From an uncultured Pseudomonadota bacterium (GTDB lineage Bacteria; Babelota; Babeliae; Babelales; CAZZPM01): DNA of 42,655 bases. The DNA is taken from positions 1 to 42,655 of the forward strand of contig CAZZPM010000001.1 in assembly GCA_964655535.1 (NCBI GenBank), read 5' to 3'. The translations under genes and the position numbers were made by a program. The notes beneath the pieces were generated by a model that saw only the letters and a program-made list of their open reading frames with translations, was not told the DNA's origin and ran no database searches. Positions 17,472 through 26,124 of the stretch are shown here, piece after piece; position 1 is the stretch's first letter; each line of letters begins with the position of its first letter.

Positions 17472-17681
17472 ATGAAAATAAAAAAAGTAAAAATTATTCC
17501 TGGATGCATATCTTGTGGAACTTGTGAAGTAATCTGTAAAGAAATTTTTACGGTAAAAGATATTTCTTACGTAAATGCAACGGTAAATCCAAACAGCTAT
17601 AAGGAACAAGTGATTGAAGCGGTTGATATGTGTCCCGTCAGTGTAATAAAAATTGAAGAAGAAATGGATTTAAAAACATAA
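17472..17681 (+). CDS. Small single-cluster [4Fe-4S]/[3Fe-4S] ferredoxin (69 aa)
   Basis: CISCGTCEVIC plus a distal CP (DMCPVSVIKI) is the CxxCxxC...CP ligand pattern. Its stop overlaps the next gene's start (TAATG). Confidence 0.75.
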   Translation: MKIKKVKIIPGCISCGTCEVICKEIFTVKDISYVNATVNPNSYKEQVIEAVDMCPVSVIKIEEEMDLKT

Positions 17682-19252
17682 TGGACGATAAAGGCAACTT
17701 ATTATCAAAACAGACTAAAGAGCAAGCTATTTATAATGCATTGTCATCATCTTTTTACAAGCAATTTGGCGCTTTAAGCGCAAGTGGTATTTTAATCCGT
17801 GCAGCTGAACTTTTTGGTAATAATGAAGCATTAAAAACAACACAAGGCTACTCATTAACTTATAATCAATTATATCAACATGCTCTTCAGATAAGTCTAC
17901 AGATGCATACTCAAGGCATAAAGCCTGGGAATACTGTAATTCTTTTCATCGAAAATTCAATAGAGTTTTATCTTGCATATTGGGCTACTTTATTAGCTGG
18001 TGCCATTGTTGTTCCAGTTAACACCTTTTTGCATGCTAATGAAATTCAATACATTATTAATGATGCGCAACCAACATTAATCATTATTTCTGAACGACTC
18101 AAATCAATTTTTACTTTATTATCATTAGATAATTCTATTGCAATTTTACAAGATAAAGAATTGAAACCTTACGATAATACTTTTGACATCAAATCAGTGA
18201 TTCCACATGAAATTAAAGGAAATAATCCTGCACTTATTTTATATACTTCAGGAACAACAGGACAACCAAAAGGTGTTGTTTTATCAGCTGAAAACATTGT
18301 ATCAAACAGCATGCAAGCTGCAGCGCGCCTACAACTTTTAACCAATGAACAAGAATGTTTTTTTGCAGTATTACCTTTATTTCATGCCTTTGCGCAGAAT
18401 ACCTGTATTTGGCTTCCAGCACTCACCGGATCATCGGTAATTATCGTTAATAAAATTGAACGAAGTAGCATTGTTGATGGACTGCGATTAAAGCCGACAA
18501 TATTTTTTGGATTCCCAGCACTTTATGGACTTTTATGTCTTATGAAAACAGCAAATCTTAATTCCATTAAATTATTTGTTTCTGGCGCTGATGCAATGCC
18601 TGATAAAATACGTGCTGCATTTGCGCTCTTATACGGAAGAAAAATTTTGTCTGGCTATGGACTTACCGAAGCATCTCCTGTTATTTCAATCCATCATCTT
18701 AATGATGATCGACAAACTAATAACGTTGGCAAACCACTCGTTGGCATTTCTGTTGAAATCCGCGATGATCAAAGCAATCTACTCAAAAAAAATGAAATTG
18801 GAACTTTATGGGTTAAAGGTCAAAATATTATGCTTGGATATTATAAAGCAGAAGAAGCAACTAATGAAATTTTACAAAAAGGATGGCTTTGCACCGGAGA
18901 CTTGGCCTCTTTAAATTATGATGAAGAGATTATTATTCATGGTAGAAATAAAGATCTCATTATTCATAAAGGCTTTAATATTTATCCTCAAGAAGTAGAA
19001 AATGTTTTATTAAAATCATCGTTAGTGATGCGCGCAGCTGTAATTGGTCGATCTGATGAAGCAACTGGTCAGATTCCTGTTGCATATATAATGCTGAAAG
19101 TGATAAAAAAAGACGCCGAACTAGAATTGCGACAATTATGTAAAAATCACTTAGCTGCATATAAAATTCCACGAACTTTTATTTTCAAAGATGAACTTCC
19201 ATTGTCCCCAACGGGAAAAATTGATAAAAAACAGTTGCATCATGGAACATAA
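17681..19252 (+). CDS. AMP-dependent acyl-CoA synthetase/ligase (FadD-like)
   Basis: AMP-binding signature LYTSGTTGQPKGV, then GYGLTE, TGDLAS and C-terminal PTGKIDKK. Translationally coupled to the ferredoxin. Confidence 0.85.
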   Translation: MDDKGNLLSKQTKEQAIYNALSSSFYKQFGALSASGILIRAAELFGNNEALKTTQGYSLTYNQLYQHALQISLQMHTQGIKPGNTVILFIENSIEFYLAYWATLLAGAIVVPVNTFLHANEIQYIINDAQPTLIIISERLKSIFTLLSLDNSIAILQDKELKPYDNTFDIKSVIPHEIKGNNPALILYTSGTTGQPKGVVLSAENIVSNSMQAAARLQLLTNEQECFFAVLPLFHAFAQNTCIWLPALTGSSVIIVNKIERSSIVDGLRLKPTIFFGFPALYGLLCLMKTANLNSIKLFVSGADAMPDKIRAAFALLYGRKILSGYGLTEASPVISIHHLNDDRQTNNVGKPLVGISVEIRDDQSNLLKKNEIGTLWVKGQNIMLGYYKAEEATNEILQKGWLCTGDLASLNYDEEIIIHGRNKDLIIHKGFNIYPQEVENVLLKSSLVMRAAVIGRSDEATGQIPVAYIMLKVIKKDAELELRQLCKNHLAAYKIPRTFIFKDELPLSPTGKIDKKQLHHGT

Positions 19253-19297
19253 TTTTGGACATAATAATTTTGTTTTGAGTCAAGGGAGAATATAACT

Positions 19298-20566
19298 ATG
19301 TCATTATTGTATGTACAAATTATCATATTTCTTATGTGCCTCTTTTTAGCAGGTCTTTTTGCATTTCTTGAGACTGCTTTTACCGCATTACGTCTCTTTA
19401 AGTTGAAAGAACTTGAATCAGTAGTAACTCATCATCGTGCACTTTTTGATTCTTGGGAGCGACATCCAGAAAAAATTTTAATTACTATTCTCGTTGCCAA
19501 TAATTTTGCTCATGTTTTATGTTCTGTTCTCATTGTTGAAGTTATGCAACAAGCTATTGGTGATTATGGCCTTGCAATCGGTGTCCCTATTGCAACCTTA
19601 TTAATTTTAGTTATTGGTGACATTATTCCTAAAACCTTAGCTAAAACACATCACGAACGATTATTTGCTTCAACATTATGGGTGATCAATACGCTTATTT
19701 GGGTCCTCACGCCGATAGTTTTTATTCTACAATCAATTTCTAACAAAGCCTTTTTTATCTTTGGTGGCGATATGAATTTAGAAAAAAATGACCAAGTTTC
19801 AGAAAAAGAAATTAAATTTTTAATCGACTATGTTGATCAAAAAGGAATTATGGAGACTGAAAAAACAGAAATGTTACAGAATGTTTTTGGCCTTGGGCAG
19901 ACACCCGTCAGCAAAATTATGGTTCCTAAAGTTGATATGATTCTGATCAGTATTGATATACCGCTTGAAGAAGCACTTGATACTTTTTCATCTTGTGGTT
20001 ATTCAAGAATTCCTGTTTATGATGGAAAAGAAGATAATATTGTTGGATTTTTATATCACAAAGATGCTTTTCAAGTCTATGCAAAAAAACAACAAAAAAC
20101 TGTTCGCGATCTTATCAGACCAGTTTTTTTTATTCCAGAACCAAAAAAAACCAATCAATTACTCAGTTATTTTTTACGTGAACGCATGCATCTCGCTATT
20201 GTTGTTGATGAACATGGAGCAACAGTAGGACTCGTAACGCTCGAAGATGTGATTGAAGAAATTGTTGGCGAAATTCGAGATGAACATGAAGTTGAACATA
20301 AAGGCGCAATACTGCTTGAAGATGGAAGCTGGCTTATCGATGCACGAACAAAACTTGAAGAACTTGAAGACGTACTTAATATTAAATTCGATGCAGAACA
20401 TTCTTTAACATTAGCCGGCTTTATTTCTGAAAAACTAGAGCACCTACCTCAAAAAGGAAATCGCCTTGATTATCAAGGTTTTTGCTTTCAGGTTCAACAA
20501 GCAAGTGCAAAGCGCGTTCTTAAAGTTTTAGTTTTTGAAAATAAAAACAACAATAATAACCAATAA
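19298..20566 (+). CDS. CNNM/CorC/TlyC-family protein (DUF21 TM domain, CBS pair, CorC_HlyC domain)
   Basis: Four N-terminal TM helices, CBS-pair sequences (KIMVPKVDMILISID...; VDEHGATVGLVTLEDVIEEIVGEI), and a C-terminal transporter-associated domain. AGGGAG RBS. Confidence 0.85.
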   Translation: MSLLYVQIIIFLMCLFLAGLFAFLETAFTALRLFKLKELESVVTHHRALFDSWERHPEKILITILVANNFAHVLCSVLIVEVMQQAIGDYGLAIGVPIATLLILVIGDIIPKTLAKTHHERLFASTLWVINTLIWVLTPIVFILQSISNKAFFIFGGDMNLEKNDQVSEKEIKFLIDYVDQKGIMETEKTEMLQNVFGLGQTPVSKIMVPKVDMILISIDIPLEEALDTFSSCGYSRIPVYDGKEDNIVGFLYHKDAFQVYAKKQQKTVRDLIRPVFFIPEPKKTNQLLSYFLRERMHLAIVVDEHGATVGLVTLEDVIEEIVGEIRDEHEVEHKGAILLEDGSWLIDARTKLEELEDVLNIKFDAEHSLTLAGFISEKLEHLPQKGNRLDYQGFCFQVQQASAKRVLKVLVFENKNNNNNQ

Positions 20567-20571
20567 AAATT

Positions 20572-21321
20572 ATGCAAAACAAAACAAATATTTTATATCG
20601 CATCAAAAAAGAAAATGAATGTATTGGCTATATATTTGGTTCTTTGCATAGGCATTTTAATCCTCAAGATCATGAGGAAAAAAAATCAGCACTCATGCCT
20701 TATGTTAACGAATGTAAAACATTTTTTTTTGAAATTGACCAGGGATCTTTTTATACTCAAATGCCTTTAGGCATTGAACGCATCATGCAAGAATTACTTG
20801 AATCAAGACGCGATACTGAAAAATTCTTTTTTGAAACACAATCTTTTCAACTTGCTATGTTGAATACGCGTCTTTGGTTCGGGAAAAATATTATTCAACT
20901 TCCGTGGCATCAATATAATTTTATCAAAAATCATGATCGATTAGCTACATACTTCAATAAAATTGCAATCAGTTTTTTTACCATTTACAATCATATTTAC
21001 AATATATTCACAGCAAGTGGTCATTCAAGTGCTGTTCATACTTTTAACAAAGAACAACAAGAGATTCTCATCTCGTTATTTAATGCATATAAACAAGAAG
21101 AAGTTTTTGAATTAAACAAAGAAGATCAAGCTCTTTATTTTATACAAGAACGAAATCATGATTATATCAAAATAATAAAAAATCATATTGCTTCAAAGCC
21201 ATTTTTTATATGCATTGGCGCTGGACACCTTGCAGGAGAGCATGGCATGATAAAACTTTTAGAAAAAGAAGGACTTGAATTATTCCCCCTTACTTTAAAA
21301 AAAGAAGCATTGCTCCCATAA
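20572..21321 (+). CDS. TraB/GumN-family protein
   Basis: N-terminal GYIFGSLH (GT(I/L)H box) and C-terminal ICIGAGHLAGEHGMIKLLEKEG (GaaHL.G..G...L...G box). Confidence 0.6.
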   Translation: MQNKTNILYRIKKENECIGYIFGSLHRHFNPQDHEEKKSALMPYVNECKTFFFEIDQGSFYTQMPLGIERIMQELLESRRDTEKFFFETQSFQLAMLNTRLWFGKNIIQLPWHQYNFIKNHDRLATYFNKIAISFFTIYNHIYNIFTASGHSSAVHTFNKEQQEILISLFNAYKQEEVFELNKEDQALYFIQERNHDYIKIIKNHIASKPFFICIGAGHLAGEHGMIKLLEKEGLELFPLTLKKEALLP

Positions 21322-21332
21322 AAAATCTTACT

Positions 21333-23918
21333 TTAAAGCGATTGACGACTTGAAGGCTTCTTCAAAAAAATGCTTTTATTTTTTGTTGTTGCATGCAGAA
21401 TAGGCTGATTTTTTTTATCTTTGTCTACTGCATCTTTAGTATTCTTTTTTCTAAAAATAATCGGGTCTGGACGAACAATCTCTTCTTTTTTGCTCTGTTT
21501 TATTTTTTGTCTTTTTTTATAAGCTTCAAGTTTTAAATGTGGTTGAAAATAAGGATCCTTTTTAATATTAACCTCTGTTGGCTGATATTTACCTTCTTTA
21601 AAATCATCAATTGGTCTAAAAATACCTGCACGTACATCTTTTAATCGTTGTTTAACATCTTGATTACGGGGCTTAAAAAACCAACGTTGCACTGGATCTT
21701 TTGATCCCGAATACGCATCAACATTAAGCACTTGATATTTTGCATAATCAAGCTTCATTTGTGTATAATCATCAGGGTTTCCTTCATTGCGCGGCTTAAT
21801 AATACTTGGTCTAATAAAAACAAAGAGATTCTGTTTATTATGCTTACGCTGTCTTCCTTTAAATAAATTACCTAAAAGCGGTATTTTTTCCAAAAAAGGT
21901 GTATGCCAGAAACTTTGATCTTGTCTTGAACTACCAAGTCCTCCTAAAACAAGCACTTGTCCTTCTCCCATGCTTGCACGTGTATCAAGCGTTCGTAATT
22001 GGCGACCAGGCTGATCAGCTCCCGCTTGATCTACAAATTCTTCTAAATTAATCGAGATAGAGAGATCAATAATACCATCAGCATTGATGCGTGGTGTTAT
22101 TTTTAAAACAGTATTTGCAGATAAATCTGTCTGTGCAATATTAGATCGGACTCCCGTTCCGCCCACAAAATCACCTTTAACCCGACGAACTTCATTTGAT
22201 TGTATACTACATGCCTGACGATTATTAGCAATTAAAAAAGGCTGAGAAAGAATATTAGATTGTTCTTCTATTAATAAAGATCGAATATATAACCAAATGT
22301 TTCCTTCTTCAAAACTCGCTCCTGGATCTCCAACAGTAAATACAGCTGAACGTGAATCTTCAGATGGAGATCCTATCTGATTTGCTAAATTTGTATTTAA
22401 TGAATTAATAAATCCAGTTTCAGCACTTCTAGCTGAAGCTTGTGCAGATTGAAATTGAATACTATCTCCTAATATATTTGTCGTTGGATTACGCAACTGA
22501 GAACTTAATTCACGTGATAATTGTTGCGTAACATCAACAATCAAAATTTCAAGAGCAACTTGTGGATAACTTTTATCAATAATATCAATAAGTTTTTGTA
22601 TTGCAGGCCGCGCTTCTTTATTGCAAGCAATAATTAAACGATTGCCACAGCCATAATTTGCATCTTCTCCATTTTTAGGTGTTTCTGCAGCAATGACCAC
22701 ATCTTGAAAAAATTTAAAACTACTTAAACTCTGTTTATCAGTGCTTCCTGCAGGTGGACGAATTGCTTTTTCAATAATTGCCTTTGCTCGGTCAGCTTCA
22801 ACGTAACGAAGATTGATAATCATCAATCGTGAATCTTCTGCATCATCAGGACGATCAAAAACATACACAAACTCAATAATACGATCAATATCTTCTTCTT
22901 GTCCCATTAAAATTAAATAAAAACGCTCTGAATCTGCAATGACTTTAGTTGAAGATGAAAAATAGGTTGATTCTTTTTTTCCTGCTGCAGAAACAAACCG
23001 AATACTCTCTTGTTTTTGACCATTTCCTATAATTTCATTATTAAATAATTGTGCAATTATTTCAGGATCAGTATGTTGTAATTTAATCATTTTAATTGAT
23101 TGCCGAAGTCCACCTCGATCAAGCTCATTAATAATTTTCATAGCAAATTTAATAGAATTAGATTTTTGAGTCATAATAATAACATCTAAATCATGCTGCA
23201 CTTCAACCGTGTTGTCACCCAAAATATTAACCAATATTTCATTCGCCATCGCGGCTTTAATATTCTTTAAATAATACGTGTAGCGAATAATAGCATCAGT
23301 ATCAGGCAAATCTTCAGGCTCAATGCCTTGACTTGATGAATAATAGGGAATTGGATGTTGCTTAACCATTTGACGCTGAATAATACGATGCACGCCTGCA
23401 ACTTCAACCATGCTATAGCCATTTTTCTCAAGTAATGTATGAACTAATGCAAGGGCCTGACTCAACGTATATGGCTGTTCAGTTTTCACCGAAACTTTAA
23501 TCTGTTCTAAATTTTTTTCAGGAATAATATTTAATTTTTTACGATCAGTAATATAAGAAACAAGACTCGCTAAAGAAACATCTTCGAAATTCAAATAAAT
23601 ATCTGCCACCTCTTTTTTTTCAGGTACAACATTGCCAAGGCCCTGTTTATTTTTTTCAGCTGATGTTTTTTGCATCACTTCTTTATTTTCAATTGCTGTA
23701 ATAGCGTCATTAAGAAGTTGCTCTGATCGCAACTCTAAAGATTCTTTCTTTATATCATCATTTTTTTCAATTTCCCGCATTGCTTCTTCTACTAAAAATG
23801 ATGCATCTTCGTCAATCAAAGCTCTTTTTGCGAACACAAAATCTGTCGTAGTCATCAGACTGAACAATGTCCAAAAGAAAATTATTTTAATTCTATTCAT
23901 ATACTTCTTAAGCCTCAT
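21333..23918 (-). CDS. Secretin B (GspD-type: signal peptide, N0, N1-N3-like domains, secretin core, 150-aa charged C-terminal extension)
   Basis: N0-like IYLNFEDVSLASLVSYITDRKKLNIIP. Secretin core ends in GQVLVLGGL...TPFLEKIPLLGNLFKGRQRKHNKQNLFVFIRPSII. Its start overlaps the stop of the upstream gene by 1 nt (TAATG at 23916-23920). Confidence 0.85.
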   Translation of the reverse strand: MRLKKYMNRIKIIFFWTLFSLMTTTDFVFAKRALIDEDASFLVEEAMREIEKNDDIKKESLELRSEQLLNDAITAIENKEVMQKTSAEKNKQGLGNVVPEKKEVADIYLNFEDVSLASLVSYITDRKKLNIIPEKNLEQIKVSVKTEQPYTLSQALALVHTLLEKNGYSMVEVAGVHRIIQRQMVKQHPIPYYSSSQGIEPEDLPDTDAIIRYTYYLKNIKAAMANEILVNILGDNTVEVQHDLDVIIMTQKSNSIKFAMKIINELDRGGLRQSIKMIKLQHTDPEIIAQLFNNEIIGNGQKQESIRFVSAAGKKESTYFSSSTKVIADSERFYLILMGQEEDIDRIIEFVYVFDRPDDAEDSRLMIINLRYVEADRAKAIIEKAIRPPAGSTDKQSLSSFKFFQDVVIAAETPKNGEDANYGCGNRLIIACNKEARPAIQKLIDIIDKSYPQVALEILIVDVTQQLSRELSSQLRNPTTNILGDSIQFQSAQASARSAETGFINSLNTNLANQIGSPSEDSRSAVFTVGDPGASFEEGNIWLYIRSLLIEEQSNILSQPFLIANNRQACSIQSNEVRRVKGDFVGGTGVRSNIAQTDLSANTVLKITPRINADGIIDLSISINLEEFVDQAGADQPGRQLRTLDTRASMGEGQVLVLGGLGSSRQDQSFWHTPFLEKIPLLGNLFKGRQRKHNKQNLFVFIRPSIIKPRNEGNPDDYTQMKLDYAKYQVLNVDAYSGSKDPVQRWFFKPRNQDVKQRLKDVRAGIFRPIDDFKEGKYQPTEVNIKKDPYFQPHLKLEAYKKRQKIKQSKKEEIVRPDPIIFRKKNTKDAVDKDKKNQPILHATTKNKSIFLKKPSSRQSL

Positions 23919-24487
23919 TACGCTTCTTCTATAACTTTTTTAAATCGTTTCATTGCAAGTACAAGATCAAGCAATATTAAAGAATCTTGCTTTTTTAATA
24001 CAACGCTGCTTACTTCCACAATATTTTCTTTATCTATGGTCTCTAGAATTTTAACAATTGCTTGTGCTGTCATTGGTTTAAAAGAAGCACGTAAAATTTC
24101 TTCTTCAAATAAATCATTATCGGGAATTGGATTTTTTTCTGTTTCTGCCCAATTTCCCTCAGGCGACAGATTCTGTTCTTTAATAAATTTTTCAAAATAG
24201 GTTTTAATACTCATATCTTTTCGTTGATTAATCTGTTCAATAAATTTTTGTTCTTGTTCTTGAGCTGCTTCGTACCGACCAATAAGAAGAGCATTCTCAG
24301 TTTTAAGCCGTTGAATCTGACGAATGTTTTGTATAATAATATTAGCAGAATCAGAAATATACCAGACAAGTCCACCAACTAAACAAACTGATATTGCTCC
24401 AGTACAAAGCAACATATATAAACGTTTTTGACTATTGTATGATACATAAAGATCAACTATATTTTTAATAAACTGCAAATATTTCAT
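23918..24487 (-). CDS. Bitopic inner-membrane protein occupying the PilO/GspM position
   Basis: 189 aa with one N-terminal TM (LYMLLCTGAISVCLVGGLVWYI), a coiled-coil stretch and a C-terminal alpha/beta-looking domain. It has 4-nt and 1-nt overlaps with its neighbours. The functional call is by architecture and position only. Confidence 0.4.
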   Translation of the reverse strand: MKYLQFIKNIVDLYVSYNSQKRLYMLLCTGAISVCLVGGLVWYISDSANIIIQNIRQIQRLKTENALLIGRYEAAQEQEQKFIEQINQRKDMSIKTYFEKFIKEQNLSPEGNWAETEKNPIPDNDLFEEEILRASFKPMTAQAIVKILETIDKENIVEVSSVVLKKQDSLILLDLVLAMKRFKKVIEEA

Positions 24488-26124
24488 ATTTCTCGAATTT
24501 TAAATAAAGTATTAAACTGCACGCTACCATCATCAGTTAATGATTCATTCATGCCATCAAGCGCTAATAATTTAGCTTCAGAAAATCGTTTTTCAAAATC
24601 AGCAAAATGCGTAAAATGATCAGTGCCTGTTTTTGATTTAAAAATACCAGAAACATCAATTTTTAATGGCCCCTCATCACGTGACATAGTAATAGAATCA
24701 ACCGCAACATCAAACCGATTTTTATCAAAAAGTTTTGTTAATTCATACCAAACTTCAAGAGGTGTAATACTATTTTTTTGTAATTCTTGCCATGCATCTT
24801 CTTTCATCTTTAATGCTGATTCTGCCATTGTTTGTGCACGCTTTAAGCTCAATAATGGAGGAACTTTTTGATTACTTGCTTGAATAATAGGCCGCAATGC
24901 CTCAACTTCACGTCGTTCAAGCTGACTATGTAATGCTTGCAAGTCACTCACATAATAAAATCCATGCACAGCAATCATTACTAAAACAGTTGCCATCATA
25001 CCCAAAGCAATCCCCCATAATCGAAAAAGAATATGCTCTTGCTTTTCTTTAAGAATATAACTTGCAAGAGAAAAATTTTCTTGCTCTGGTAAAATCATAC
25101 TTGACCCTAAAACAGCAGCAAAAGGAGTCCATGAACCAATATTTTTTCCTTTGTAGACTAAGCGCTTATCAGCCATTATTTTTTCGGGCTCAAATAAACG
25201 TACTTCAACTTGCAAACAACTACTTAAAAAAGAAGAAAGATCTGGAATACTTCCCTGTGAACCGGCAACCCACATATGGGGCAATTGACCACTAATTTCA
25301 TAGTGAACTAACAAAACCTGCAAAACAGATTGTATTTCAGATGCAAGATCATTCCATTCTTTTTCAAGTACTGCATCAAGCGATGAAGCAGAAAAACCTG
25401 CCATAACTTTTTTTAAGACATCATAATAATGTCCACCAGATTGATTAATATAATTTTTTACAAGTGTCCCAACGCCACGATATATATTTTTAACAACCTG
25501 AATTCCTTTAGTTGTGCATAAAACAATCTTTGTGGTCTGTTCATATAACAAAATAAAACAATGAAGCCCTTCTTGTGGTGCGTATAAAACTGTTCGTTGA
25601 AAAATAGCATGCAATGCAACAATATCAGTTGTAATAAGATCTGGCGTAATAATATCTGAATAAAGAGCAACATGCTGTTGAATATCAGCATTCCGAGCAG
25701 CTGCTACAAAAACCCTAGCATTTGATCCTTGCACGTCATTGATCATAAAACTCATTGTTGCTTCATCAAGCGCAAAAGGAATTAAAGGCTCAACTTCGTA
25801 AGGCAAAACAAATGAAATTTTTTCTGCATCAACAAAGGGTAATTGTAATTCTTTAAAAATAATAACTGAAGAAGGAACAATAATACGAACCGCGTCAAAT
25901 GCCGGAACCGTCTTAATAAAACGCTGAATAACATCATGAATATACGCGGTATCTTTCTCTTCTTGTAAATATTCTTGATGCAATGTTTCAATAACTATCT
26001 TACGAGCACCCTCATAGACAACAGCTGCATAAAAAAAACTACCCTCTATGCTCAAGCTTATGTAACGCTCACCATATAATCGATAGCTACCAATGCGGGC
26101 TGGCAAGAACAATTGGGTAATCAT
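24484..26124 (-). CDS. PilM-like actin-fold cytoplasmic domain fused through one TM helix to a PilN/GspL-like periplasmic domain
   Basis: The N-terminal ~350 aa show a PilM-like pattern (ISLSIEGSFFYAAVV; VRIIVPSSVIIFKELQLPFVDAEKISFVLPYEVEPLIPFALDE). A TM helix follows (LWGIALGMMATVLVMIAVHGFYYV), then a ~150-aa C-terminal domain. ATGA overlaps at both ends. Confidence 0.55.
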   Translation of the reverse strand: MITQLFLPARIGSYRLYGERYISLSIEGSFFYAAVVYEGARKIVIETLHQEYLQEEKDTAYIHDVIQRFIKTVPAFDAVRIIVPSSVIIFKELQLPFVDAEKISFVLPYEVEPLIPFALDEATMSFMINDVQGSNARVFVAAARNADIQQHVALYSDIITPDLITTDIVALHAIFQRTVLYAPQEGLHCFILLYEQTTKIVLCTTKGIQVVKNIYRGVGTLVKNYINQSGGHYYDVLKKVMAGFSASSLDAVLEKEWNDLASEIQSVLQVLLVHYEISGQLPHMWVAGSQGSIPDLSSFLSSCLQVEVRLFEPEKIMADKRLVYKGKNIGSWTPFAAVLGSSMILPEQENFSLASYILKEKQEHILFRLWGIALGMMATVLVMIAVHGFYYVSDLQALHSQLERREVEALRPIIQASNQKVPPLLSLKRAQTMAESALKMKEDAWQELQKNSITPLEVWYELTKLFDKNRFDVAVDSITMSRDEGPLKIDVSGIFKSKTGTDHFTHFADFEKRFSEAKLLALDGMNESLTDDGSVQFNTLFKIREI

